Of a stretch of DNA of 64,000 bases, positions 1 through 11,600 are shown piece after piece. The notes under the pieces are model-generated. The model did no database searches. It was given only the letters and a program-made list of their open reading frames with translations, and had not been told where the DNA came from. Position 1 is the stretch's first letter. Each line of letters opens with the position of its first letter. Made by a program: the position numbers and the translations under genes. The DNA comes from Diplonema japonicum. Its lineage: Eukaryota; Protista; Euglenozoa: Diplonemea. The stretch lies in the NCBI GenBank assembly GCA_964019335.1, contig OZ025698.1:372001-436000 (forward strand). The letters are read 5' to 3'.

Positions 1-1
1 C

Positions 2-487
2 ACGAAACGATTTGCTGCTCATGTTGATGACCCGCATCCGCAGATGAACAGTTTGAGATTTTGCGGGGTTCTTGGAGTTTGGTGTTGTGTGTGGGGGCCT
101 TGCGCTGTTGCTTTTGTTCACGTAACCGGTATACGGCCGTTCGAGCTTCCGCCTTCCCACGTCACTTTTCTAGCTTTTTCTAACGGTCTCATGGATGCGA
201 TCTTCACTGCATCCTTGCTCATACTGCTTCGTCTCACTGACCCGACGTTTGCCTCCATGTGCAGTATTCTTGTCGTCCCCATGACCATCATCGCCGACAA
301 AATTATTCACAATTATACCGCGCCTTTTCTTACGTACATCGCGATGGTAATTATTCTTGGGGCTGTGACGGCGTTTAACTATCGTGTGTATCGGCTTCGA
401 AAGGCTTCTGAGCTGGAAGATGGTGATGATGAAGAGCGGACTGGGCTTCTGAACGGTGATAGGAAGGATGAGGTGGAGTCGGAGTGA
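2..487 (+). CDS. 3' end of a DMT/SLC35F-like membrane transporter (5' end outside the window)
   Basis: The frame is open from position 2. It has several hydrophobic helices, the motif HVTGIRPFELP and a C-terminal LTDPTFASMCSILVVPMTIIAD segment typical of SLC35F-type EamA/DMT proteins, followed by an acidic tail. Confidence 0.6.
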   Translation, partial: TKRFAAHVDDPHPQMNSLRFCGVLGVWCCVWGPCAVAFVHVTGIRPFELPPSHVTFLAFSNGLMDAIFTASLLILLRLTDPTFASMCSILVVPMTIIADKIIHNYTAPFLTYIAMVIILGAVTAFNYRVYRLRKASELEDGDDEERTGLLNGDRKDEVESE

Positions 488-636
488 TATATAAAAAAAA
501 AAAAAGGAATGAGTCTATTGCCTATTCTTTTTTTTTTTTTTTTCTTTTTTCTTTTTTTCTTAGTTTGTCAGATTGTGGCAAATATCATAACAGGAAAAAA
601 AAAAAAGAAAAAAAAAAAAGAAATTGAAGGTGAGTT

Positions 637-667
<31 letters not shown>

Positions 668-1178
668 GTAACCTAATGAAAAGTGGTGCAATCAAATTTC
701 TCTCTCTCTCTGTAACTTGAATCAAAACAAAAAACTCTTTTTTTTTTCCTTCTCATGTTATGAATTAACAGTGGACTTAAGAACTTTTTTTTGCTCCTCG
801 TCCAAAGTGTGAATATGCAACGAAGAAGGCGAAAGAGAACGGAAACAAAAAAAAAAAAAAAAAAATGCTTCTCTCAAGAGCCATCTTCTCATCCTCTTTT
901 TTTTCTTCTTCTATCCCAAACCTTTCTATGTTACTGTAAACCGTTTCTTGTCTTTTTCTTTCTTTTCTCCTTCCCGTTTTCCATCCAGGAATAAAATACA
1001 AGGGAAGGGGGAATAAAAAAGAAAGTTTTTATTTACGCTTCATATCTCTATAACACCGACAGCAAAGTCGCGTCTTAAAATTGCAACCGGAGGGGTGCGG
1101 TTGGATACGGGATTTTTCCGAGATTTCGAGATACCCAAAACTTATTTGTCTCCCCCCCCTTTACTCCGAAGTTTAAAA

Positions 1179-1213
<35 letters not shown>

Positions 1214-1994
1214 GATGTGTATTAAACTAAACTATTACTTGGAACTAAATCATATATAAATTTTTTTTTTCTTCTTTTTTTGAAGAAATATAAACTGGTG
1301 CCTGGCCACTGCGCCCGCACAGTCTTTGTTTATCATACTTTCTGTGGTTATGCTGGGGGGGGTTTTTTTTTTCTCTCTCTTTATTTTCGTTCTGATGTAA
1401 AGTCGAGATAGCCTCTCACAGTTTAGCTTCTTCTTTTTATTTTTTATTTTTTTATTTATTTTCTGGATTCCCTCTAAAGGAATTTTGGCTAGAACCGGGA
1501 AAATAAAGTTTTCATTGGAGACGACACAAAGGCAAGCCCCAACAGCCAACACCAGGATGCAACAGCAGAATGGTGACAGTTACGTGTAGGATCCCCTGTC
1601 CACGGTGGGCACCAACCATGGCACAAATACCGCAAAATTTTGTTGATTTTCCGGCCTCTTTTCTCTGAAGCCCCATTTTCACAAATCTGCTTAAAACATG
1701 AGGAAAAAAAAATAAAGTACTTTATTTTCCCTAGGGAAATTGATAACGTAGTTTGATGCCCTGTACAAAGGAGGGCTAAGCCGCCGAGCCTCTGGTCCCT
1801 TTATAGCCGCCTGAACCATACCATGAAGCATAAGCACAAAACTGCAAGACTGGCCCAGGTTGACTGCCATGCTGAAGGCGTGGACGAGCAGTGCAAGCAA
1901 CCCCCTGTCTTAATGTTATGTCAAATCCTGGACTTCCTGGCTTTGGGGGGGTTTGGGAGTGCCATCGGGAACCAGAAAATAAATAAAATTACGT

Positions 1995-2145
1995 ATTCAT
2001 GAATTAAAGTGGACTTTACTCTTTCCCTTGGCTGATAATTTGTCCCGAATTTGTCCTGATTTTCCCTCGCTTCGCTCGTGAAAATCACCCCCTCGGGACA
2101 GATTATCAGCCGCGAGAAATAAAGCCCACTTTATTTCTCATAAAT
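1995..2145. mobile_element. Palindromic non-autonomous element / Crypton-like terminus
   Basis: Imperfect inverted repeat (taaagtggactttact...aataaagcccacttta; gctgataatttgtccc...gggacagattatcagc) around ctcgcttcgctcgtgaa. The same core occurs in 44446-44620. Confidence 0.55.
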
Positions 2146-2803
2146 CAATAGTTATTATTTTGTATTCTCCCAGCGAAGAAAAGAAGTTGCTCAAAAAAAA
2201 AAAAATCAGAGATTTTGGAGACAACCACTTTCTTTTCTTTTCTTTTCTTTTTCTTTTTTTTTAAAAAAATAAAAACCGTGTGTCGAGTAGTGATGTAAGA
2301 AAAGAAAAAAAATTTTTAATGGTCAATAATTTCATTTTTTAAAAAAAAGAGGGAAAAAAAAAAAGAAAAAAAGTGAGTATCCCGCATCCGTCGTTCTTTG
2401 ATCTTGAGTACCCAGGAGAACTGGGCCAGCTTCAGGGCAACCCACCTAGTGGGTGCGGCTTAGCAAGCCGAAACGAAAAAAAAAAAAATAGGATTTTTTA
2501 ATAAAAAAAGATCTAAAGCAAAACAAACCAATTCCCCCCCCCCCCCCCCCCTGCGGTGCGCTTGGTGCCCGCCGTAGACAACAAAACAAAAAAAAAAGAT
2601 CCAAAAGAAAGAAAGGAGAGAAAAAACCCCTGGGGGGGGGGGGGGGGGTGAACCCTTCTCCTTTGTTTTTTTCTTTTTTTCTCCCCCCCAGTCTTCTTCT
2701 TTTTTTTTCCCCCTCTGTTGTCTCTCTTTAAAAAAAAAAAAAAAAAAAAAAAACGAGAAAAAAAAAAGGCGGACGTGGGGAGGCGGAAGGACAAACAAGA
2801 AAA

Positions 2804-4225
2804 ATGTTACCGGAATACCTGTCTCCAGAGCTATGTGAAGGCTTGGCAGAGATGAAAATTGAAACGTTGTTCCCCGTCCAAAGCAAGGTCTACCCCCATG
2901 TCATGGCCGCGTACAAAGGAAAAGTTAGATACGATGTGTGCATCACAAGCCCGACCGGATCAGGGAAAACACTAGGATACGCCCTCCCCATCATAGGTGG
3001 GCTGCAGGGGCGAACCGTGAAACGCCTCAGGGCACTAGTCATGGTCCCCAGAAAGGAGCTCGCAACACAAGTATTCCAGGTCTTCAAAACCCTGTGTAAG
3101 ACGACGAACCTAACAGTGCAAGCAGTAACAGGACAGGACACGCTCCGGGTGGACCAGTCGCGGTTTTCTTCAAACATACCAGATATTTTAATTGCAACTC
3201 CATCTCGTTTAATAGAAATGCTCGCGACAATTTCGCTAGAATCCTTGAGGTTCCTGGTACTGGACGAGGCGGATCTGCTACTCTCGGACACTACACAGGA
3301 TTGGCTACGCGTGGCGCTGGCAGCGTGCGGTCCAGACAGCGCGAATGCTCCGCTCCACCGGGTTCTCTGTTCTGCCACACTTACGCACAACATGGCCAAA
3401 CTAGGCCAGGTTTCCCTTGTCAACCCTAAACAGTTCATGCTACACGGCAACGGAGAAGATCTGACAGATGTGAAACGGTACGGTATCCCTTCAACACTTC
3501 AAGAGAGCGTTATGTTATGCGGCGACACTGCCAAGCTGCTGTGCCTTCGGGACATCCTACGCAAGGAGGACGGGACCATCCTCGTGTTCACGAAGACCAC
3601 CGACTCCGCACACCGTCTCGCAAGGCTTCTCCAGCTTTCCGGTGTTGTCGCAGATGAATTCAGCGGGCAGCTTACTGTGAAGGAACGTGCTAAGGTCATT
3701 CAAAATCTTCGGGAAGGCACTTCCGCATGCGCGGTTTGCTCCGATGCCTTCGCGCGAGGTATGGATCTTGACAAAGTCTCGCTTGTCATTAACTACGAAA
3801 TCCCGGCTTTCATCCAGACGTATATCCATCGAGTTGGGCGGACTGCTCGTGCGAACCGGCCTGGTAAAGCTTTGACGCTGCTGGAGGATGAGGACGAAGA
3901 GGCTGAGTTTTCGTTGCTTCATAAGAAGGCGCTCTCCGCGGCGGCGCCGTCGCAGACTGCCCCGCCCGCCACCACCGACGACGATGCTGCCCTCATGCAG
4001 ACTAATTTGAAAAAATTGCAAACAGTTCTTAGAAAGGAAGCCAAGGGGACTTTGAAGCAGACCCAACCGCTTCCCTCCGACATTTCCACAGCACCCATCG
4101 CGTTCAGAAGCAAACTGTTGAAAAGAAAACGAATGGAGTCGGACGAAGCGAGCGAAAGCGAGAACGAGAAGGAGGCTGAGAAGGAAGACTCGGAAGAAGA
4201 AAGCAGCCAAGAGACAGACGAGTAA
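2804..4225 (+). CDS. DDX51: DEAD-box RNA helicase, DDX51/Dbp6-like
   Basis: Q motif LFPVQ, SPTGSGKTLGYALPI, RLRALVMVPRKELATQV, DEAD, SAT, ARGMD, HRVGRTAR. The N-terminal motif context resembles Dbp6/DDX51. Confidence 0.85.
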   Translation: MLPEYLSPELCEGLAEMKIETLFPVQSKVYPHVMAAYKGKVRYDVCITSPTGSGKTLGYALPIIGGLQGRTVKRLRALVMVPRKELATQVFQVFKTLCKTTNLTVQAVTGQDTLRVDQSRFSSNIPDILIATPSRLIEMLATISLESLRFLVLDEADLLLSDTTQDWLRVALAACGPDSANAPLHRVLCSATLTHNMAKLGQVSLVNPKQFMLHGNGEDLTDVKRYGIPSTLQESVMLCGDTAKLLCLRDILRKEDGTILVFTKTTDSAHRLARLLQLSGVVADEFSGQLTVKERAKVIQNLREGTSACAVCSDAFARGMDLDKVSLVINYEIPAFIQTYIHRVGRTARANRPGKALTLLEDEDEEAEFSLLHKKALSAAAPSQTAPPATTDDDAALMQTNLKKLQTVLRKEAKGTLKQTQPLPSDISTAPIAFRSKLLKRKRMESDEASESENEKEAEKEDSEEESSQETDE

Positions 4226-4384
4226 ACAGAACAAAACAAATAAAAGGCCTCCCTTCCCGCCCCGCGTTTCATTTTTCACACTTTTTTTTTTTTCCACCCC
4301 CAGCACCTATCCCCCATCATATTATTATTTTTTTTTACACCCTTCTTTCTTTCACATTCCATTCTGTACACCAGTAACGCCCTG

Positions 4385-5668
4385 ATGACGGGCCTGTGGC
4401 ACCGCCCTGCAAATAAAGACGGTGAGGAGATAGCAAGAGCGGTTTGGTGGGACGATGGTGAGTTCCATGCAGTTTTCAAGAATGGTGTGCTGGTAGGGAT
4501 ACTTCGGGATGGGAGCACGTGCTGCGTGCGTGACGATGAAGGCTGCAGAAGGTACGTGACAGGGCTTTGCTCCCTACCAGCCGACATGGTGTACATCGCT
4601 ACCGCGGTGAAGATGCGTAACGAATTCTCCTCCACTCCATTTCTGTGCAAAACACTGCTCCCCACGGGCACCTCTCTCATGAAACATATCGGGTCTGAAC
4701 CTTACATCCCGAGCGTCAACTGGGCAGGGTGCAGCATTGAAGGCGACACTGTAACGTCCTTCGACAAATCTGCAAGGCTTACCCTACACCCCAGCATGGC
4801 TGTCTTCACAGTTTCGTACCCTGCCAGGGTTCGTGTCCCAAGCACGGACCCCGGTGTGATAAAGTACTCTGCGGACAGCCCTTTACGATACGGCCCGATT
4901 GTTGAAACAGAGCAGTTTTTCACGATGGTGACGGAGACGCATCTTGCAAAGCAGCCCCCTGGACACTGGGCGTGCCCTCTTGCGGTTGTTCTTCATGGAA
5001 ACCCGACGGCAGATGTTGCATCAACACCCCCGACAACTCTGCCGTTGCTCGGCGATGGTAAGATAAGAGGATACCCGCACCTCCTTGAGTCTGGGTACGC
5101 TTCTGCTAATCTTTTCCGAAGCATGACCTCTCAGAACGAGACACGCACTGTGAAGACTGTTTTTGAACGATCTGTCGGAGCTGTGTTCTGGGTGTCAGAT
5201 GCGTTGATCCTCCACGATATGTCTGTGGTGTCCAACAAATCCGGTTATTACACGCACGCGCTTGAACACGGTGAACGAGAGGTCCACGCAACAGACAGAA
5301 GGGTCCGGTTGAGCTCACCATCGTTGCTCGACGGTAGTTCGCAGTATTTTCTTCGTGATGTGCTGTTGTACATCAGCTCGATTGTGCCTGTGGGTGTTCT
5401 TTCGGAGAAGAAGGCCCCTGTCCTGTCCCCGTCCTCCAGCAAGCGGTTCGCAATACCCGATGTGGGCGACGCTAGTATCGCAGGCAACCGTCTCTCCCTT
5501 CGATTTAACGACCGGTGTGTTTTGCGAATGCAGCTCAACAACCCTTGTGCTACTCTTCTCCTCCCTAACGGAGAACACGTCGAGGCACGTGTGGACAACC
5601 CCTCCCTACCCCCCGAGGTCCGGGAATACTGCATCACCGCGGTGGCTGTGTTCGAGCAGTTACTTTGA
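4385..5668 (+). CDS. C5orf34-like uncharacterised protein
   Basis: Blocks AVKMRNEFSSTPFL, VTSFDKSARLTLHPSMAVFTVSY, PPGHWACPLAVVL and IPDVGDASIAGNRLSLRFND resemble conserved blocks of the C5orf34 family (recalled from memory, not searched). Confidence 0.6.
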   Translation: MTGLWHRPANKDGEEIARAVWWDDGEFHAVFKNGVLVGILRDGSTCCVRDDEGCRRYVTGLCSLPADMVYIATAVKMRNEFSSTPFLCKTLLPTGTSLMKHIGSEPYIPSVNWAGCSIEGDTVTSFDKSARLTLHPSMAVFTVSYPARVRVPSTDPGVIKYSADSPLRYGPIVETEQFFTMVTETHLAKQPPGHWACPLAVVLHGNPTADVASTPPTTLPLLGDGKIRGYPHLLESGYASANLFRSMTSQNETRTVKTVFERSVGAVFWVSDALILHDMSVVSNKSGYYTHALEHGEREVHATDRRVRLSSPSLLDGSSQYFLRDVLLYISSIVPVGVLSEKKAPVLSPSSSKRFAIPDVGDASIAGNRLSLRFNDRCVLRMQLNNPCATLLLPNGEHVEARVDNPSLPPEVREYCITAVAVFEQLL

Positions 5669-5804
5669 ACATTTTCTTTTTTTTATAGTTTTTCTTCTTC
5701 TTTTTTTTTTTATAGATTTCAGTAGTTCCGTTCCGTTTTCTTTTTTATCCCGTCCCCTCTGTGTGGTAGTCATTTTAAACAAACAGGGAACACAAGCAGA
5801 CAGA

Positions 5805-8050
5805 ATGACGCGTCAAATCGAAAGGATCCTCATCGCCAACAGGGGTGAGATCGCACGAAGGGTCATCCGTGCATGCGACCAGATGGGGATCGTCTCCATC
5901 GCCGTGTTCACGGAGGCTGACAAGGACATGCCCTTTATCAGAGAGGCCAAGACTGCAGTGTGTCTTGGTGCCGACACACAAGCATACCTCGACATGGATG
6001 CCATCCTGAAGGCTGCCAAGGCGACAAATGCCGATGCCATCCACCCCGGGTACGGGTTTCTATCCGAGAGGGCCGACTTTGCCACCGCCGTCGAGAAGGC
6101 AGGGATCGTGTTCATCGGGCCCACCGCTCACACCATTGAGTGCATGGGGTCGAAAATCGGTGCCAAGAAACTGCTTGCAGGGAAAGCTCCCCTTGTCCCC
6201 GGCCTAACCTCTGGAACTGTGGAGGAATGGGTCATTGCAGCTGAGAAGATGGGCTACCCTGTTCTCATCAAAGCCTCCGCAGGCGGTGGTGGCAGAGGGA
6301 TGAGGGTTGCACGCAACGCCGACGAGCTCAAGGAAGCGATGAAGACAGCTGAGGGCGAGGCCCTGCGTGCCTTCGGCGAGGGCTCCGTCATGCTCGAGAA
6401 GTACGTCGAAGAGGTGAAGCACATCGAAGTCCAGATTTTCGGCGACGCCTACGGCAACGTGATCCACCTTCTGGAGAGGGAGTGCTCGCTGCAGAGGAGG
6501 CACCAGAAGGTCATTGAAGAGGCCCCTTCCCCCTTCGTGACTCCCGAGCTCAGAAAGAAAATCTGCGCCAGCGCAGTTGAAATTGCCAAGATGCTGAACT
6601 ACAGAGGTGCAGGCACCGTTGAGTACATCGTCGACCCCAAGACGTCCGACTTCTACTTCTTGGAAGTCAACACAAGGCTGCAGGTTGAGCACCCTGTCAC
6701 AGAGCTTGTTACTAACTTGGACCTGGTGGCCTTGCAGATCCTTGTTGCCATGGGCGTCAAGATGCACGATGCCTTGGGTCAGGTGAGGCTTGACCCAACG
6801 AAGCCTGCTCTCACCACGTCACCCGTGTCCCCAATTGGATATGCCACCGAGGTCAGGGTGTATGCTGAGGACTTCAACTTGATGCCCACCGTGGGCACCG
6901 TGAAGCTGTGGGAGTCTCGCCAGGTTGCGAAGAACATCGCCTTCCACAACGCGGTGGAGTCTGGGAGCGAGATCTCCGTGCACTACGACAACATGATCTC
7001 GAAGGTGGTGGGCTGGGATGCGTTCAGTAGGGAGGCCTGCATCAGGAAGACCGCCAGAGCCCTCAAAGACACCACTTGCTTCGGACTCACTAACAACAAG
7101 CTCTTCCTGCTGTCCATCCTGCAGCACGAGGAGTACGTCGAGGGGCTGAAGATCTGCACAAAGTGGATTGCCGACAACCACAACCTGCTGAAGTCCATCG
7201 CCTTCGGGATGCTGTCAAAGGATCTCGTCTTTGAGTCAGCAGTGGCGGGGTGCATCTGGGGTGCAATGCAGGGCGGGAAGCCACACTTGAGACACCTTCC
7301 TGGCGGGTGGAGCAACACGAGAAACAGGACCGAAACAAAGCTAATGAAAGTGTTGAAGAACACGCACGGTATCCTACCTGGTGGTTTGGGAGAGGCTGAT
7401 GACTTCGGCGATGTCCCGATGATGGTCAAGCATCAGAAGGACAGGAGGGGTATCTTCACCTTCACGTGTGGGGAGAAGAAGGTTGCAGGCATCGAGCTGC
7501 TCAGCATCGAGCCACTGCCCCTTTACACGGTGTTGAGGGTGAAGTTCGGGGATAGGATCAAAACCTTCCTGGTGCAGGGGGACGCTTCAAAGAGCATCAA
7601 CGAGAAGGAGATGTTCGTGTGTGAAGTCGAGACGGGTGTCGAGGTTGCCTTCGTGAAGGTCCCGATGCTGCTGTACCCCTCGGGGGACAATACCGAGATC
7701 GCTACTACAGTATGGGGGTGGGGGTGAGGGGAAAAAAAAAGATTTAAATAAAAACTTCACAGCGTCCCTGTTCGCAGACCAACTACACCTTCACTGCTAA
7801 CCAGACGGAGGAAGATCCTGCCACTGCCAACTTGCCTGGCAAGAAGGTTGCCTGTCCTATCATGGCCAAGGTCTTCAAGATACTTAAGTCCACTGGCGAC
7901 ACTGTTACTGCCGGTGAAACCGTGCTTATCCTGGAGTCCATGAAAATGGAGACTAAGGTTACCACACCATTCTCAGGGAAGCTGACTCTTAAGGTGAAGC
8001 CTGAGGAGCTCACCAGGACCGGGAAGACATTGTTCACAGTCGAGGAGTAG
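5805..8050 (+). CDS. Biotin-dependent acyl-CoA carboxylase alpha subunit (biotin carboxylase + BCCP; MCC/PCC/GCC-alpha type). Exons 5805-7709 and 7763-8050
   Basis: ILIANRGEIA, HPGYGFLSE, GGGGRGMR, RECSLQRRHQK, EVNTRLQVEHPVTE. The biotinyl motif ESMKME is in the second exon. A phase-0 GT-AG intron at 7710-7762 joins the frames; an alternative in-frame AG lies at 7777. Confidence 0.88.
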
Positions 8051-8056
8051 AACTGA

Positions 8057-8089
<33 letters not shown>

Positions 8090-8663
8090 TTTGCAAGAGC
8101 AAGTCTTTGACTTGTTTTAACAAAAAGGGGAACGTTTTTACGGGTTATATATGTCTTCTCCAGGTTAAAACACCCAGTTCCTCTTTTTTTCTTTCTTTTC
8201 CTTTTTGTTTGTTTCCACGTTAGGTGGTAGGGCGGAAGGGGGACGGCGGGGCGATGTCTAGACTTAAAATATAAAAAAGAAGAAAAAGAAGAGGGAAAAA
8301 AAAAAGGGGGAAAAAAAAAAGGGAGGGTGTGTGGAGAGAGTATGTTGGAAAAAAAAAGTGCTGTAAATACAATACCAGTGTTACACCACCCATAACAACA
8401 TCCGCGTCTTCTTTTTCTCCACATTTTTTTTTTTTTTTCGCTCTTCTTTTTTCTTTTTTTTTCCCCCCTCTCTTCCTCTGTTCCCCCTCCCCCCTTTTTT
8501 TTTCCTTAAAAAATCGACAAAAAACCCACGGCATAAAACCCCCCCCCCCCCATTTATTCCCCTCTTATAATTCAACACTCTTCTCCCCCCCCAAAAAAAA
8601 AGAAAATAGGGACATAACACAAAAAAGAAATGGGATAAAAAAAAAAGAAAAAACAAAAAAAAA

Positions 8664-11600
8664 ATGTCTGATGTGTTCTGGAGGGACATGCCGTGCTCAT
8701 GGCCGGGGAGAACGGGGGTGGCGAAGACGTATTTCGTGCAGAAACAGCCGAGGAGGGGGTACTTCAGCAGCATCAACGAAGCGGTTTCGTTCGCAAAACC
8801 GGGGGAACGGATTGAAGTCGCACAAGGCAAATACTTCGAGAACGTCGTTGTCTGCAAGAGCGTGGAACTCGTCGCAGAAAAAGGCGCTGACAAACCAGAA
8901 ATATACTCCCACGGCGTAACCCTCTCAGTCGATGCCGACGAGGCCATGATCAGCGGCCTCTCCATCAGAACCGGCGAGCAAGAATGCTACGCTTTACTCG
9001 TCATCTCAGGCCACCCAATCATCTCCCAATGCCACATACAAAACGTACAAGTAACCGGTCTTTCAAACCCCATCATCGAAAAAAACAACATAACCCAATC
9101 CAAAACACACGGTGCATACATAACAGGCCGAGCAGGCGGTTCCTTCCAAGGCAACACCATAGAAAACCACGGTTGGTACGCTGTATGGGTCGAAGCCACT
9201 GGACAATGCGAATTCGTGACGAACTACATACAACACGGCGGCCACGGTCAGATCATGGTAACTGGTCAAACCGACTTTGACAGTATTGGCGATGTCGGGC
9301 CCAACGTCTCAGCAAGCGCAGAAGAAGTTGCACCCGTGTTTAAAGGCAACAAAATCACGGATACCGTCGTCAATTTAATACGAAAAGCGGAGCTTGGACA
9401 CAAACGACCCTCACAAGTCCGTGAAGTAGGCGACACTGTGTCAATTTTCGTCGACGAACGGGAAGAATCCGGACAAACCAGTTACGTGTCTGACGCGCGT
9501 GTCGAGCGGTTCTGGAAAGACCGCGCCGCCGTCGAGGTAAAATCCTTCGCCGTTCCCGTGTTCGAACGAAACTGGATCGCAGACGGCTTGAACCACGGTG
9601 TCCGCATACACCAAAACGGCGGTGGAATTTTCACAAAAAACAAACTCATGCGCAACGCCGGCGCCGGTGTCTGCATCAGCCTCGGCTCTCCCAAAATATT
9701 CGAAAACGACATTACATTCAACCGGGTTGGGGGGATCATCGCCACCCGCGACGCGTCCGGACACATAACCCACAACACCATTAATGGAAACGGGCTTTTT
9801 GGAGTGCAGCTTTCGAAAGGAGGCCGCAAGCTGCACATTGAGCACAATACGATTACCGATCACGAGAAGATGGGGATGCATTTTCTCGACGGCGGGACGG
9901 CGCAGTGTTTCAAGAACGAGATCGCCGAGAACAGGGGTCCCGGGGTGGTAACAGAGACATTGGGCGACCCAGTCTTGAAGCAAAACATACTCCGAGCCAA
10001 CACGATAGGCTTCACAGCAACAAGGTTCGGAAAAGGCGTTCTCACTGACAACGAAATCGTGAACAACGAGAAGGAAGGCGTCATAGTCACACAATCTGCG
10101 AACCCATACCTTGCGAAAAACCGAATCTGCCAGTCAACCTGCAATGTAGTCGTCACCCGTAACGGTTTGGGTACATTTATTGACAACTATATCCGCGATG
10201 CCCGTCAAGTGCAGGTCCTCGTCTCTGCACAGGGCAACCCAACCATGACGAGCAACCAGATCATCTGTGGTAAGGACGAAGGCGTGGTCTGCAAAGACTA
10301 CGGTGCGGGTGTCTTCAGATTCAACGTTGTCGCGTCCCACCTCGGGTGCAACATCGTCATCTCCAAGCATGCGGACCCTTGTTTCGAGCGAAACCTTGTG
10401 ATGGGCTCGCTTATCGAAGGCGTTCGTATAGAAGGGAACGGGAAGGGCACTTTTTTGTCAAACTTCATCCAACGAAACATGGGCTCCGGTGTGGTAGTCC
10501 AAAGCGGCGGCGTGCCGATCTTCAGAAACAACTTAATACGAAACTGCCGGCAAGGCGGGGTGTATATCGGCCATGGTGGTGGCGGGCAGTTCGAAAAAAA
10601 CCAGTTCCTTCGAAACCTCTGTGGCATAGAAGTCGAGGGCACCGGCGCCGGTTCACAAGAAGACGACGAACAACGAGAAATACCGGTCTTCACACGGAAC
10701 GTGGTTGCAAATTCGATCCAATACGGTTTGTGGGTAGGACGCGGGGGATGCCCGTTGCTGCAGCGGAACATCATAGAAGGCTCGCGGGTGGCCGCGGTTT
10801 ACATCGAGACCTCCGCACACCCGACGCTCCTCGCCAACGAGATCTCGAACAACAAGGCGGGCCTCGTCTTCCGCAACGAAGGCCGCGGGGTGTTCATCCA
10901 AAACCTCATCGAAGGCACCGAGACCTTCGCCGTGGAGATCAGCAACGGTTCCAACCCTTGCATCGCGTCAAATCTCATCACCGGCGGCACCGACGCCATC
11001 ATTGTCGAAGACTCCGCCAAGGGAAACCTGTACCAGAACATCATAACAGGTGCAGAGACAGGCATCCTCATTGGCTCAGGTTGCACTACAGTTATCAAAC
11101 GTAACGTCATCACGCAGTGCGGGACAGGGATGAAGCTTAACGGCGCGTCGGATTGCGAACTGGCCGAAAACATTATTTCCGAGAACACGGTACGCGGTCT
11201 GTACGTGACACCAACAGGACACTGCACATTGCTGTCCGGCCACATCGTGACCGGCCACACAGAAGGCGTCGTCATCGAAGGCCGCGGATCGTTTACAAAC
11301 AGCCACATCTTCAACAACAGTAAAGGAAACCTTGTTATACAAGAAGCGGGGGACCCGGCGTTGAAAGGCAATCTCATCGCAGGTGGCACCGTGGGGATGG
11401 CATGCCGCGGCGGCCACGGAGGTACCTCCGGCACTATCATCATGAAGTGCACGCAAGGCGTCGTCATCTCTGGTATCGCTTCGCCCGAGTTCTCCGAAAA
11501 CTTAATTACAGAGTGTGAAGTGGGTGTTGTGGTGATGGACAACGCCAACGGGATGATGACAGGGAACTTCCTCTACACAAACACGACAAACGTTCTGCTA

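Noticed and set aside
1020-1900. Possible further tyrosine-recombinase fragments on the minus strand beside the 1995-2145 palindrome
   Set aside because: Only vague similarity (LAKIPLE); no catalytic motif could be recovered.
2411-2475. Hammerhead ribozyme (a stem followed by GAAAC)
   Set aside because: The CUGANGA core is missing.
5355-5804. 150-aa N-terminal extension of the carboxylase in the ORF track
   Set aside because: It overlaps the upstream gene in another frame and crosses a T-rich spacer; the ATG at 5805 is the plausible start.
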